The notes beneath the pieces are model-generated. The model was not told the DNA's origin, did no database searches, and worked only from the letters and a program-made list of their open reading frames with translations. A stretch of 63,173 nt of DNA, counting the filler, from Deltaproteobacteria bacterium (lineage in GTDB: Bacteria > JACQOV01), in NCBI GenBank assembly GCA_016202395.1. It is 4 parts of 4 records of this genome, joined end to end, with 100 filler letters (N's around TTAATTAATTAA, not from the genome) between each part and the next. Parts side by side here need not be neighbours in the genome. Positions count along the whole stretch, not along the records: positions 24,437 to 54,776 come from JACQOV010000076.1; 3 more parts are not named here. One strand, written 5' to 3'. The position numbers were made by a program, and so were the translations under genes. Positions 32,641 through 41,763 of this stretch are shown here, piece after piece. Within the stretch, counting starts at the first letter, position 1; every line of letters begins with the position of its first letter.

Positions 32641-33696
32641 GGGGTCAGTTTTAAGTTTTTAAGTAAAATTTTATGCACCTCAGGCAACAAACGGCCTTCT
32701 AGGATCGATAGTAAGGTATGGCAAGAAAACCTCGACTCCATTTCCCGAGCGCCCTTTACCATGTGATATCCCGTGGAAACCAGCGCCAGCCAATTTTCTT
32801 AGATACCGAAGACCACAAGCATTTCCTCGCTCGATTCCAGCATTATCATCAAAAATTCCCTTTTCATCTTTACGCCTACGTTCTGATGCCAAACCATTTT
32901 CACTGCCTGATCCAAGTGGAAAACGTTCCCCTTGGAAAAATCCTCCAACCCCTTCTACTTTCATACACCTACTACTTCAACCACAAATATGAGAAGGTCG
33001 GGCACCTCTTCCAAGGCCGGTTCAAGGCGATCCTCTGTGATCAAGAGGTCTACCTCTTGGAGTTGATTCGATACATCCATTTGAATCCCATCCGAGCGAA
33101 GATGGCGCAGCGAGTAGAGGATTATCCATGGAGTAGCCACCCGGTTTACTTGGGGTTAAGACATGAACCCTGGGTTGAAACTCCAAGGGTCCTGGCTCAA
33201 TTTTCCTCTCACCTACAAACCGCACGGAACAAACTTGCAGAATTTATCGCGGATGGGGCGGGCGGCGATCCCCCATGGAATCCCCCAATGATGAAGGGAC
33301 AACCCCTTCTGGGAGATGCGAATTTTAGCGAGAAGGTGTATCAAACCACTCAAGAACGGGATCCCTGTTATTGGGATCTCGATTTAGAGTGGATCGAAAA
33401 ACATGTTTGTCGAATGCTTCAGATCGACGCCGAGGCGCTCCAGACCCCATACCGAACCGCCAAAGAGGCGGGGGCACGGGCAATCATCGCTTACCTATGG
33501 AAAAGATTGGCCGGTGGAACATTAACAGAGTTAAGCCAACGCTATGATAGAAAACCTGCCACCTTTACCCAGGCGATCGAGCGGGTGGAACATTGGAAAA
33601 GAGAGGATCCACACTTCTGGCAGCGGGTTGCTGCACTAGAAAAGGAGATCACCATCCACAAGCGGAAAAGATACTTAAATACTTAAAACTGACCCC
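32641..33696 (+). mobile_element. RAYT/Y1 transposase element bounded by 25-bp inverted repeats
   Basis: GGGGTCAGTTTTAAGTTTTTAAGTA (32641-32665) and TACTTAAATACTTAAAACTGACCCC (33672-33696), one mismatch. Confidence 0.85.
32718..33686 (+). CDS. REP-associated tyrosine transposase (Y1 HUH) with C-terminal DnaA-like HTH
   Basis: YHVISRGN, YVLMPNHFH (HUH), GHLFQGRF, RYIHLNP, YPWSS; stop codon lies inside the right IR. Confidence 0.92.
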   Translation: MARKPRLHFPSALYHVISRGNQRQPIFLDTEDHKHFLARFQHYHQKFPFHLYAYVLMPNHFHCLIQVENVPLGKILQPLLLSYTYYFNHKYEKVGHLFQGRFKAILCDQEVYLLELIRYIHLNPIRAKMAQRVEDYPWSSHPVYLGLRHEPWVETPRVLAQFSSHLQTARNKLAEFIADGAGGDPPWNPPMMKGQPLLGDANFSEKVYQTTQERDPCYWDLDLEWIEKHVCRMLQIDAEALQTPYRTAKEAGARAIIAYLWKRLAGGTLTELSQRYDRKPATFTQAIERVEHWKREDPHFWQRVAALEKEITIHKRKRYLNT

Positions 33697-33705
33697 ACTC
33701 TTTTT

Positions 33706-36700
33706 TTACTGCAAGTTCAAGCACTGACTCGTAACGGCGGTTCCATTGTTCACAGCCACAGCAAATTTGAACGGACCGGTATAGGTAACCCCAGAGCCCT
33801 CGATGATAATCGGAACAACGGTCGATGTAAACTGCTGCGTGTTGTAGGGTAACCCCCCCGCAGGCCCACCACTTCCAAGCTTATTGAAGGGACCTGTGCA
33901 ATCCGCTGCGGTGAACGAAAAGATCTTCACCTGGACAAGATTGAAGTCCGAACCAAAAGTTCCCACCGTCGCAGTGATATTGACAGCTGTTCCATTGTTG
34001 CCTGGCGGCGAAGCCGTGTTCTTCGTAATGGTAGCTCCGTTGCCGAATGCGTTTCCAGCGCCATTCCTCGCCTCAATGGTCAAACCAGATGGCGGTGGAG
34101 CCGCGTTAATCGTCAAGTTCGTTGGGGCTGTAGCTGCTACTCCTCCCACAACCACCTTCACTGGATAGATCCCCGCTACGAAAGCTGGTGGACCAGGGAT
34201 TTGAAAGCCGATGCTGGTAGCGCTCCATGTAGTTGGAGTGACACCTAGAGCCTCCGTTCCAACAACCAGCTGCAGCAAGCTAGAGCCCTGAGTGGCTCCG
34301 AAATTTGACCCCATGATCGTAACCGCGACCCCTGGCAGACCCGAGGTTGGCGTAAAGCCGGTGATTGTTGGAGCCGGTGGCGCCGGTGCTCCAACGTTAA
34401 CTGTGACTGTGCTATTCGCTGAACTTCCCCCAGTAACGTTCACCCGCACCGTGTAGGCTCCCTGCACTGTGTTATTATTCACCGTCACCGCGATCGATGT
34501 GGAACTCCATGAAGTGGTGACCTGATTGGTAGCGACTGCATCCTTCACCAACTGCACCGTGCCGCCACTGCCGAAATTCAGTCCCGTGATGGTAAAAGGC
34601 CCCCCTGGAGGCACATTAGTGGTGGGGATATTACTGATACTAGGCATAGGCAGAGCTGTAACCATCGTTGTGGTCATAGCTATCGTGGTGCTGGTGCAAG
34701 TCGATGCCTTGGCTGAAAACATTTTGGGAGGCAAATAGTATGCCGTTCCATTCACAAAAACGGCAATCGAACCCGAATTTGATGTTTCACACGGAATGGT
34801 ACAAGTGAATTCCCGAGGCTCCACAGACGATCCTGCGCCGCACGTCGCCTGAAGTTCGATTCCGCCGGAGCCCTGAAACGCAAGCTTAGAAACGGTATCG
34901 CTGGAGGTAATCCCCCATATTTTAAGCTTAGCCGAGCCCCCTGGCTGCAAGGACGCCGCCGCCGCGCTATCCTCGACATCCGCAAAGATTTGGGTCGCAG
35001 TAGAACCCGCTCCCGCATAGCTATTACTGAATGTGGTGAAGCGGGTATCTGCAATCACTGCCGTCCCTGTTGCGGCAACAGTAAGCCCGGTCATGATCAC
35101 GGTCACCGTTGTCGCGGCTGTGATCTTGGCAATGGTGCTTCCCCCTGGAGCTGTTAAATAATCGGCATAACTGGACCCGGCCCCGGTGGCTGCAAATTGA
35201 TAAGAGCCGGAAGAATCCGGGGGTAGACTGACCGGTGTACAAGTACCACTATTGATGGCAGTCGTCCCCATTAAGCCCTTGTCAAACCAAACGTTTCGAA
35301 AAACCTTCCCACTGATCATTAGGTTGGCTCCATCCAATTTGCTACTGTCGCAGTTGCCTGTCCCCGCGCAGATGATGCAGACCTTCACATTCACATCCGA
35401 AGAAGAATCCGTTACGCCCACACCAGCGCCATAGGTAAAACCGTAAAAGTTTGCAATATCCATCGCCCCACTAGTTATTTGATTCTGAGCGGTTGTCATC
35501 GCTGATTTATAATCCGTGGTGGCAGACAACGGATTAAATCCCGCAAACAACTCATAAGCACTGGGGAGTCCGTCTCCGTCTTCGTCGAATGACGATTTGG
35601 TAAACGCAGGCATATAAGTCGCTATTTGAGTTTTAACGGTAGTGGAATAAGCGTTTACTGAACTATCGCTCATTGACTTGCGAAGATCTTCCATTGAATT
35701 GGCCCCTGTCCATTCTTTAACGCTTTTTCCAGCCACTAGAGCACCCCCCATCATAATCTCTCCCGTCCATGTATGACCCACGGCCTGTCCTGCCGCAGAA
35801 AAATCGGTGAAGGTACGCGTTGTGGGATCGACTTTCACACCTTTTGCTTCAAAATTTGTGACTTCCCCCTGCCATCTCATCTCTTCACGGCAAGCATTAG
35901 ACCACATTGCTTGTTGATTGGCATCGGTGATCGATGCTCCCACTTTCTCAATTAATTGGGCAGCGGTGTAGGAGAGGGCCGCCTCTCCATCACTTTTAGA
36001 GAGATTCTTACATACACCTGGGGGAACACCTACCACCGTTTGACTTATTGTTGACATTACATCCGAAAAAGCTACTTTAAAAGCACCTGTAGACATTCCA
36101 AAGGAATCGATAAGAGTCGTCGGATCTAAAATAGTGTTGAACATAGTCTTAGTTGTAGCGTACATCGCATCCAACTTGGCGAATGAATCCGCCAGAGCCT
36201 GGAGCTGATCTCCTACTCCTTGCAAGGCCGAATAATATTGGATCCCAATATCCCTATTAGTTCTGGCAATCGCGCTGGCCCTCTCAAAAGCGCTTACATC
36301 CCCAGAAAACCCCCCCTTAGTTACTAAAAGTTGAGCGTCAAAACTCTTATCGCCAATGGCCGCGGCCTCTTTATACTGATCCGCTGTAAATACCCCAAGG
36401 TCCGAAAATGTGGCAGCCATCCCTTTAGCGATGCCCTTGGCCGCCTCGCTCCGGAGGGTGCCTTGACCGACGACTGCTTTAAAAAAGGACTTCATCGCGG
36501 CATCGGAGGCCTTCCTTATAGCACTGGGGTCAGCTGTCACCTGCTGAGCGAAGGCCTGAAATTTGGCAGCGAGCGGTTCTCTCATGGCCTCCACCGCATC
36601 GGAGTCCAGGCTCTGCAGATTCCCGTCAATAACCATCTGGAAAATATCTCCTCTGGAGATCTGACTCGGAGGAACCCCGTTTTTCAGCACGGCTATCTCG

Positions 36701-37320
36701 AGTTTAGCTGCAGCCGTGGTGTAGAAATCACAGGGAACAACACCATCGAGTGCACCCGTATCGTCATTCTTCAGATCCGTGGCGGGATTAACCGTGACCT
36801 CCAAATCTTCCCCATTCTCCGTTCCTATGACATCCCCATTAAATTCAACATGGAGAGTCACATTCTCACTGGTCAAATCCACACCCTCCGGATTAACAAC
36901 TCCGACTTTGACATGCCCGGTGTCAGGGTCCGTAGTCACATTGAGAACCTCGACCGCGATCGGTTCGGTGGCGGTGGAATCGTCTTCAGTAGTATTGGGA
37001 TCGTCAATAAAAGCCTCACAGGTCACATCTGCCGCCTCGAGGTGAGCTACCTTCGAGAGTGAGGCCCGCTTCTGTGTCAAGGCCGATTCACGAACATGAG
37101 GGTTGAGGGTTGCGGCAATCTGTAGAGCCTCCGACTCCTCAATCGAGGTTGTCGTTAAAGCCGTGTCGAGGGTGAGGTCCGCTGTAGGGGTGGTGTCGGT
37201 GGTGGAACTGGTAGCCGTTTCTGCATCATCATCGCTGCAGCTGCAGTCGGTAAAGGAAACGGCTAAAGCCCCTGCCATCAGGAGCCCTAAAATGGGTCTT
37301 AAATACGTTGGGGTTTTCAT
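33706..37320 (-). CDS. Large surface lipoprotein C with IPT/TIG repeats
   Basis: RBS AGGAGG, signal peptide followed by CSCS; DEDGDGLP; IPT repeats; C-terminal domain homologous to that of lipoprotein B. Confidence 0.8.
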   Translation of the reverse strand: MKTPTYLRPILGLLMAGALAVSFTDCSCSDDDAETATSSTTDTTPTADLTLDTALTTTSIEESEALQIAATLNPHVRESALTQKRASLSKVAHLEAADVTCEAFIDDPNTTEDDSTATEPIAVEVLNVTTDPDTGHVKVGVVNPEGVDLTSENVTLHVEFNGDVIGTENGEDLEVTVNPATDLKNDDTGALDGVVPCDFYTTAAAKLEIAVLKNGVPPSQISRGDIFQMVIDGNLQSLDSDAVEAMREPLAAKFQAFAQQVTADPSAIRKASDAAMKSFFKAVVGQGTLRSEAAKGIAKGMAATFSDLGVFTADQYKEAAAIGDKSFDAQLLVTKGGFSGDVSAFERASAIARTNRDIGIQYYSALQGVGDQLQALADSFAKLDAMYATTKTMFNTILDPTTLIDSFGMSTGAFKVAFSDVMSTISQTVVGVPPGVCKNLSKSDGEAALSYTAAQLIEKVGASITDANQQAMWSNACREEMRWQGEVTNFEAKGVKVDPTTRTFTDFSAAGQAVGHTWTGEIMMGGALVAGKSVKEWTGANSMEDLRKSMSDSSVNAYSTTVKTQIATYMPAFTKSSFDEDGDGLPSAYELFAGFNPLSATTDYKSAMTTAQNQITSGAMDIANFYGFTYGAGVGVTDSSSDVNVKVCIICAGTGNCDSSKLDGANLMISGKVFRNVWFDKGLMGTTAINSGTCTPVSLPPDSSGSYQFAATGAGSSYADYLTAPGGSTIAKITAATTVTVIMTGLTVAATGTAVIADTRFTTFSNSYAGAGSTATQIFADVEDSAAAASLQPGGSAKLKIWGITSSDTVSKLAFQGSGGIELQATCGAGSSVEPREFTCTIPCETSNSGSIAVFVNGTAYYLPPKMFSAKASTCTSTTIAMTTTMVTALPMPSISNIPTTNVPPGGPFTITGLNFGSGGTVQLVKDAVATNQVTTSWSSTSIAVTVNNNTVQGAYTVRVNVTGGSSANSTVTVNVGAPAPPAPTITGFTPTSGLPGVAVTIMGSNFGATQGSSLLQLVVGTEALGVTPTTWSATSIGFQIPGPPAFVAGIYPVKVVVGGVAATAPTNLTINAAPPPSGLTIEARNGAGNAFGNGATITKNTASPPGNNGTAVNITATVGTFGSDFNLVQVKIFSFTAADCTGPFNKLGSGGPAGGLPYNTQQFTSTVVPIIIEGSGVTYTGPFKFAVAVNNGTAVTSQCLNLQ

Positions 37321-37370
37321 GTTTTTGGCCTCCTATAAAATAGACTTCAAAACTCCTGACTTGAAGAGTA

Positions 37371-37386
37371 TGCAAAAGGCATGCCA
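37371..37386 (-). promoter_or_regulatory. Sigma-54 -24/-12 promoter of lipoprotein C
   Basis: TGGCATGCCTTTTGCA. Confidence 0.85.
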
Positions 37387-37526
37387 AAAAATGTTCAAGA
37401 ATGTACAATTTTACCCTGTTGATTTAATTATAAAATTTAGAGCATGCTCAAATAAACCTCCTCGCTATGAAATTTTGAGTACGCAAATGTTACAAGAATG
37501 AGCGTTATAGCACACCCATTAGCCAT

Positions 37527-37545
37527 GGGGTCCGGCTTCGGTATT
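37527..37545 (+). repeat. Solo REP-like half-site at the island boundary
   Basis: GGGGTCCGGCTTCGGTATT, one mismatch to the 28071 arm; overlaps the stop of the FeS oxidoreductase. Confidence 0.8.
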
Positions 37546-39559
37546 AAAGAAGAGAGTTGGCGAGGAGTTCGGAGATGTCGAGGACGCGGACCTCTTCCTC
37601 TTTGGCTTTGGCCCGCACGCCGTCGTTGATCATGGTCATGCAGAAGGGGCAGGCGGTGGCGATGGTTTTGGCCCCTGTTTCTAAAAGCTCCTCGGTTCGT
37701 TCGATGTTAACGCGCTTGCCTTCTTTCTCCTCCATCCACATGCGGCCACCACCCGCGCCGCAACAGAACCCTTTGTCACGGCTGCGACGAGTTTCCACAA
37801 AAGCGCCGTTAGCGACACTTTTCACAACGTCGCGAGGGGCCTCGTAAACATCGTTGTGACGACCGAGATAGCAGGAATCGTGATAGGTGGTTGCCGAGAT
37901 CTCTTTTCCCGCGGTGACCGAAAGCCTCCCTTCTTTCACAAGTTGCGCGATAAACTGGCTATGGTGAACCACTTCATAGTTTCCGCCAAACTGCGGGTAT
38001 TCATTCTTGATCGTATTGAAACAATGCGGGCAAGCCGTCACTACTTTTTTGAATTTATATTTGTTGAGCGTGGCAACGTTCTCTTTCATTAAAGTTTGAG
38101 CGAGGTATTCATTGCCCAAACGTCGGGGAGAATCGCCAGAGCATTTTTCCTCGGTTCCAAGGATTCCAAAACGGACCCCCGCCTTTTTCATAATCTGAGT
38201 TAAAGCGACAGAGATTTTCTTGTTCCGTTGGTCGAAAGAACCGGAGCAACCAACCCAATAGAGGACATCGACCTCTCCGCACTCCACTTGAGACAGGATC
38301 GGGACATCGAGCCCCTTGGCCCAATCGGCTCGCGTGTCGGCCCCGATTCCCCACGGGTTCGAATTGTTCTCAATATTCCGCAGCGCCGTTTGAGCTTCCG
38401 GAGAGATTTTTCCTTCCATTAAAGTGAGGTAACGCCGCATGTCCACGATGTGATCGATGTGCTCAATCCCCACAGGGCATTCGGTGACACAGGCGCGGCA
38501 CGTGGTGCAAGCCCAGAGTTCCTGTTCGGTAATCCAACTGGCAGGGACTGTCTTGTTGACAAGCTCCTGTTCTTCCGAAGTGAGAGTCCCCCCTTTTTGT
38601 TGTTTGAGAAGTGTCGGCCCCTGCTCCAGCAAGGCATCCCGCATTTGGGTGATGATCGCCCGAGGCGAAAGGAGTTTTCCCGTGATGTTGGCAGGACAGG
38701 CTGCGGTGCAACGCCCACATTCGGTGCAAGAGTAGGTATCGAGGAGCTGTTTCCAACTAAAATCGGTGATTTTAGAAACACCAAAGGTGGTCACCGATTC
38801 GTCCTCAAGATTCATCGCTTTTAAAGCCCCTTTGGGACGCGAGGTTTGGAAGAAAACGTTGGGGGCGGCAGCCATAATGTGCAGGTGCTTAGAAAACGGA
38901 AGGTAATTGAGAAATCCCAAAACGGTGAGCATGTGAACCCACCACGAGGCTCGGCTCCAGACCGCAAGGGCGTTGGGCGAAAGGGCGCTAAAAAGGGCTG
39001 CGATGGCGCGGGAAACAGGCTTTGCCCCCGCATGAAGATCGGATCCACGAGCCATCTCGGCTCCATTCAAAGTGAAGAGAGAAACCATGAGGGTGAAAAT
39101 TAAAAGAAGGATCAATGTGGCATCCCATTGAGCCTCTTTGTGAACTTGTAATCTCTTGGGTCGGCTCACGTATCGACGATAGAAAGCATAGAGAACCGCC
39201 AACGCGACAAAGGCCGCAAAAAGGTCCTGAGTGAACAAAAGAACGGAATAGATCCGCCCCAGGAAGTGGAGCGAAAAAGGAGGGTAGATCCCTTGAATCA
39301 TCATCTCAAGAGTGCCAATCGTGATAACCAGGAACCCCCAAAAGATCGCGAAATGCATGAGCCCGGCAAGGGGCTCTCGAAACAGACGGCTTTGCCCCAA
39401 AACCATCGTTAGGACATCACGGACACGTTTTGCAAGATGATCGAAACGCTCCTCCGACTTCCCCAACCGCAGAAATGAAATCAGCTTCTTCGCGGAATAT
39501 CCAAACGCCGCAAACGAGACCAGTAAAATGAGTGTAAATACAATCGATTCAAAACTCAT
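37544..39559 (-). CDS. Membrane-bound Fe-S oxidoreductase (FadF / ETF:quinone oxidoreductase-like; TM + 2x4Fe-4S + 2 CCG)
   Basis: TM N-terminus; CTECGRCTAACP, CTTCRACVTECP; YHDSCYLGR, CCGAGGG, TACPFC. Confidence 0.9.
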   Translation of the reverse strand: MSFESIVFTLILLVSFAAFGYSAKKLISFLRLGKSEERFDHLAKRVRDVLTMVLGQSRLFREPLAGLMHFAIFWGFLVITIGTLEMMIQGIYPPFSLHFLGRIYSVLLFTQDLFAAFVALAVLYAFYRRYVSRPKRLQVHKEAQWDATLILLLIFTLMVSLFTLNGAEMARGSDLHAGAKPVSRAIAALFSALSPNALAVWSRASWWVHMLTVLGFLNYLPFSKHLHIMAAAPNVFFQTSRPKGALKAMNLEDESVTTFGVSKITDFSWKQLLDTYSCTECGRCTAACPANITGKLLSPRAIITQMRDALLEQGPTLLKQQKGGTLTSEEQELVNKTVPASWITEQELWACTTCRACVTECPVGIEHIDHIVDMRRYLTLMEGKISPEAQTALRNIENNSNPWGIGADTRADWAKGLDVPILSQVECGEVDVLYWVGCSGSFDQRNKKISVALTQIMKKAGVRFGILGTEEKCSGDSPRRLGNEYLAQTLMKENVATLNKYKFKKVVTACPHCFNTIKNEYPQFGGNYEVVHHSQFIAQLVKEGRLSVTAGKEISATTYHDSCYLGRHNDVYEAPRDVVKSVANGAFVETRRSRDKGFCCGAGGGRMWMEEKEGKRVNIERTEELLETGAKTIATACPFCMTMINDGVRAKAKEEEVRVLDISELLANSLL

Positions 39560-39771
39560 AGGGGCTTACTATACTAAATCTCCCTTTTAGGCTCAATGGG
39601 GAAAGAAACCACCTTTTGGATTAGCGGCTCCTTCTATAAGAGTATGCCTTTTGAATTCGAATCTTTCCTGAAAGCCTCACTAAAGAAGAGAGAGCCCTTG
39701 TGGAATTTTTACGAACGACTGTCCTGTTTTTACCTTTCCTATCTTTAATCATGGACTTTGAGCTCAGCCAT

Positions 39772-39895
39772 AGAATGTTGAGAAAGCGCCCAGATACGAG
39801 GCAGATCGCCGAGCCACGACGCAGGCGTACCTTGCTGGTACGCCGAGGAGTTGGCGAGGCGATCAACGAAGTAGATGGGCCTTTATCAACATTCT
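39772..39895. mobile_element. 124-bp MITE-like structured element at the etfA stop
   Basis: IRs AGAATGTTGAGAAAG / CTTTATCAACATTCT; central GGCGTACC-N5-GGTACGCC; homologous to the reverse complement of 54487-54619. Confidence 0.75.
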
Positions 39896-40890
39896 TAGTC
39901 GTGGGCTTTGATTTTTTTGATCTCCTCAATGAGCGCAGGCACCAATTTGAAGAGATCGCCCACGATCCCAAAATCGGCTTTTTGAAAAATGGGGGCCTCG
40001 GGATCTTTGTTGATCGCCACAATCACTTTAGAGGTTCTCATTCCGGCGAGATGTTGAATCGCGCCCGAGATCCCACAAGCGATATAAAGATTAGGGTTCA
40101 CAACTTTGCCCGTTTGCCCTACCTGCATGTCATGCGAAGCGTAACTCGAGTCCACCGCTGCGCGCGAAGCCCCCACCGTTGCCCCTTCCCCAAAAGCAGA
40201 AGCGAGATCCCAGAGAATCTTGTAGTTCTCTGAATTCTGCATGGCGCGCCCTCCGGAAACAATAATGCTCGCCTCCGTCAGATCGACCTTTTCCGATTTT
40301 CCTTTAACCACCTCTTTCAACTTCACACGGAACGCTTCGGGAGGAATGGAGACGCTGATCTTTTCACTCAGCGCCGTTTTTGAAGAATCGGCCGGCTTCG
40401 GCGTGAGGGTGTTCGGACGGATAGAGGCCATGGCAGGCCTGCCTGAGATAACCACTTCAATGAAAGCCTTGCCCGCATAAACGGGTCGCTTGAGTTTGAG
40501 ATCTTTATTCTCTGTCAGTCCAATCCCGGTGCAATCGCTGGCAAGCCCCGTCTGCAACCGAGCTGCAACACGGGGGAACAGATCTTTTCCGATCGAAGAG
40601 GCGGGTCCCAAAAAAATCGAGGGCTGTCTCTCCTTCATTAATGTTGTCAACACATGACAATAAGGCTCCGTGAGATATTGCCCCAAAGGCTGCGCATCGG
40701 CCACCAAAACCTTGTCGGCTCCGAGAGGTCCCAGTGGCGCCGCCATGGCCTCCACGCCGGATCCCAAAAGCACTGCAACGACTTCCTCGCTAAGCGTCTC
40801 CGCAAGCGTCCGAGCCCCCGTCAGCAACTGCGCCGCTGTTGATTTTAATTTTCCATCTTTGTGTTCTGCATAAACCCAGATACCTGCCAT
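39895..40890 (-). CDS. etfA: Electron transfer flavoprotein alpha subunit
   Basis: VSGGR, GASRAAVD, QVGQTGK, GISGAIQH, AINKD. Confidence 0.95.
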   Translation of the reverse strand: MAGIWVYAEHKDGKLKSTAAQLLTGARTLAETLSEEVVAVLLGSGVEAMAAPLGPLGADKVLVADAQPLGQYLTEPYCHVLTTLMKERQPSIFLGPASSIGKDLFPRVAARLQTGLASDCTGIGLTENKDLKLKRPVYAGKAFIEVVISGRPAMASIRPNTLTPKPADSSKTALSEKISVSIPPEAFRVKLKEVVKGKSEKVDLTEASIIVSGGRAMQNSENYKILWDLASAFGEGATVGASRAAVDSSYASHDMQVGQTGKVVNPNLYIACGISGAIQHLAGMRTSKVIVAINKDPEAPIFQKADFGIVGDLFKLVPALIEEIKKIKAHD

Positions 40891-40903
40891 AATTTCCTCC
40901 TCG

Positions 40904-40955
40904 GTAACCCCTCCTAACCTCCCCTTACATTAAGAGGAGGAACAGGAGGGGTTAC
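40904..40955. repeat. CCCCTCC..GGAGGGG palindromic repeat between etfB and etfA
   Basis: GTAACCCCTCCT..AGGAGGGGTTAC; same family as 6376-6458. Confidence 0.7.
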
Positions 40956-40959
40956 TCAT

Positions 40960-41763
40960 TTAAATGACTCGTGCTTCTTCACGCAACCACTTCGCTAACT
41001 CGTGGGCCACCTGAGCCGGATCCCCACCCTCAATCTTTTTCCCCGCTTGCCTCTCCGGCGGGAGCGAATACGCTTGGATTTTCACCTTCGCTGCTGCCAC
41101 ACCGATCTCCTCGGGCTTCAAACCCAGATCGGCGGCGGTGACTTTCTTGACCTCTTTACTCTTGGCCTTCATAATCCCAGGAAGGGAGGCGTAGCGAGGC
41201 TCATTCATCCCCTTATCGGCCCCAAAGACTGCCGGAAGCGGCACCTCTAAAACCTCCTTAGCCCCCCCTTCGATCCGTCGCGAGGTTGTAACCTTTTTGT
41301 TGGCAACATCGACCTCCATTTTTTCAACTACCATGACATGAGGGATGTTGAGCTGTTCCGCTAGAATCTGAGGGACTTGCGAAGCATCATCGTCCACGGC
41401 CTGTTTGCCACAAAGAATAATATCGTGAGGGATCGTTTGAATGGCTCTGGCCAAGATTTTTGCCACTCCAAAGTTATCGCTCCCTTCGAAAAGAGGATCG
41501 TTGAGGTGAATCGCTTTGTCGACCCCCATCGCAAGAGCGGTGCGGATGGACTCCACCGCGCGATCGGGCCCCATGCAAACGAGCGTGACCGTTCCTTGCC
41601 CGCCGTTCCTCTCGCGAATTCGGAGCGCCTCTTCCACAGCGAACTCACAATACGGATTGATAATCCATTTGACCCCATCGGTCTGTATTCCACCGTTCCC
41701 CTCTTTAAGCCGAATTTTCGTTTCTGTATCCGGCACCTGTTTCATGCAAACGACAATATTCAT
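40960..41763 (-). CDS. etfB: Electron transfer flavoprotein beta subunit
   Basis: MNIVVCMKQVPD, GKQAVDDD, NEPRYASLPGIMKAK; ATGA overlap with TetR gene. Confidence 0.95.
   Translation of the reverse strand: MNIVVCMKQVPDTETKIRLKEGNGGIQTDGVKWIINPYCEFAVEEALRIRERNGGQGTVTLVCMGPDRAVESIRTALAMGVDKAIHLNDPLFEGSDNFGVAKILARAIQTIPHDIILCGKQAVDDDASQVPQILAEQLNIPHVMVVEKMEVDVANKKVTTSRRIEGGAKEVLEVPLPAVFGADKGMNEPRYASLPGIMKAKSKEVKKVTAADLGLKPEEIGVAAAKVKIQAYSLPPERQAGKKIEGGDPAQVAHELAKWLREEARVI

Noticed and set aside
24737-37320. Diversity-generating retroelement acting on the lipoprotein C-termini
   Set aside because: No reverse transcriptase and no near-identical template/variable repeat pair seen.
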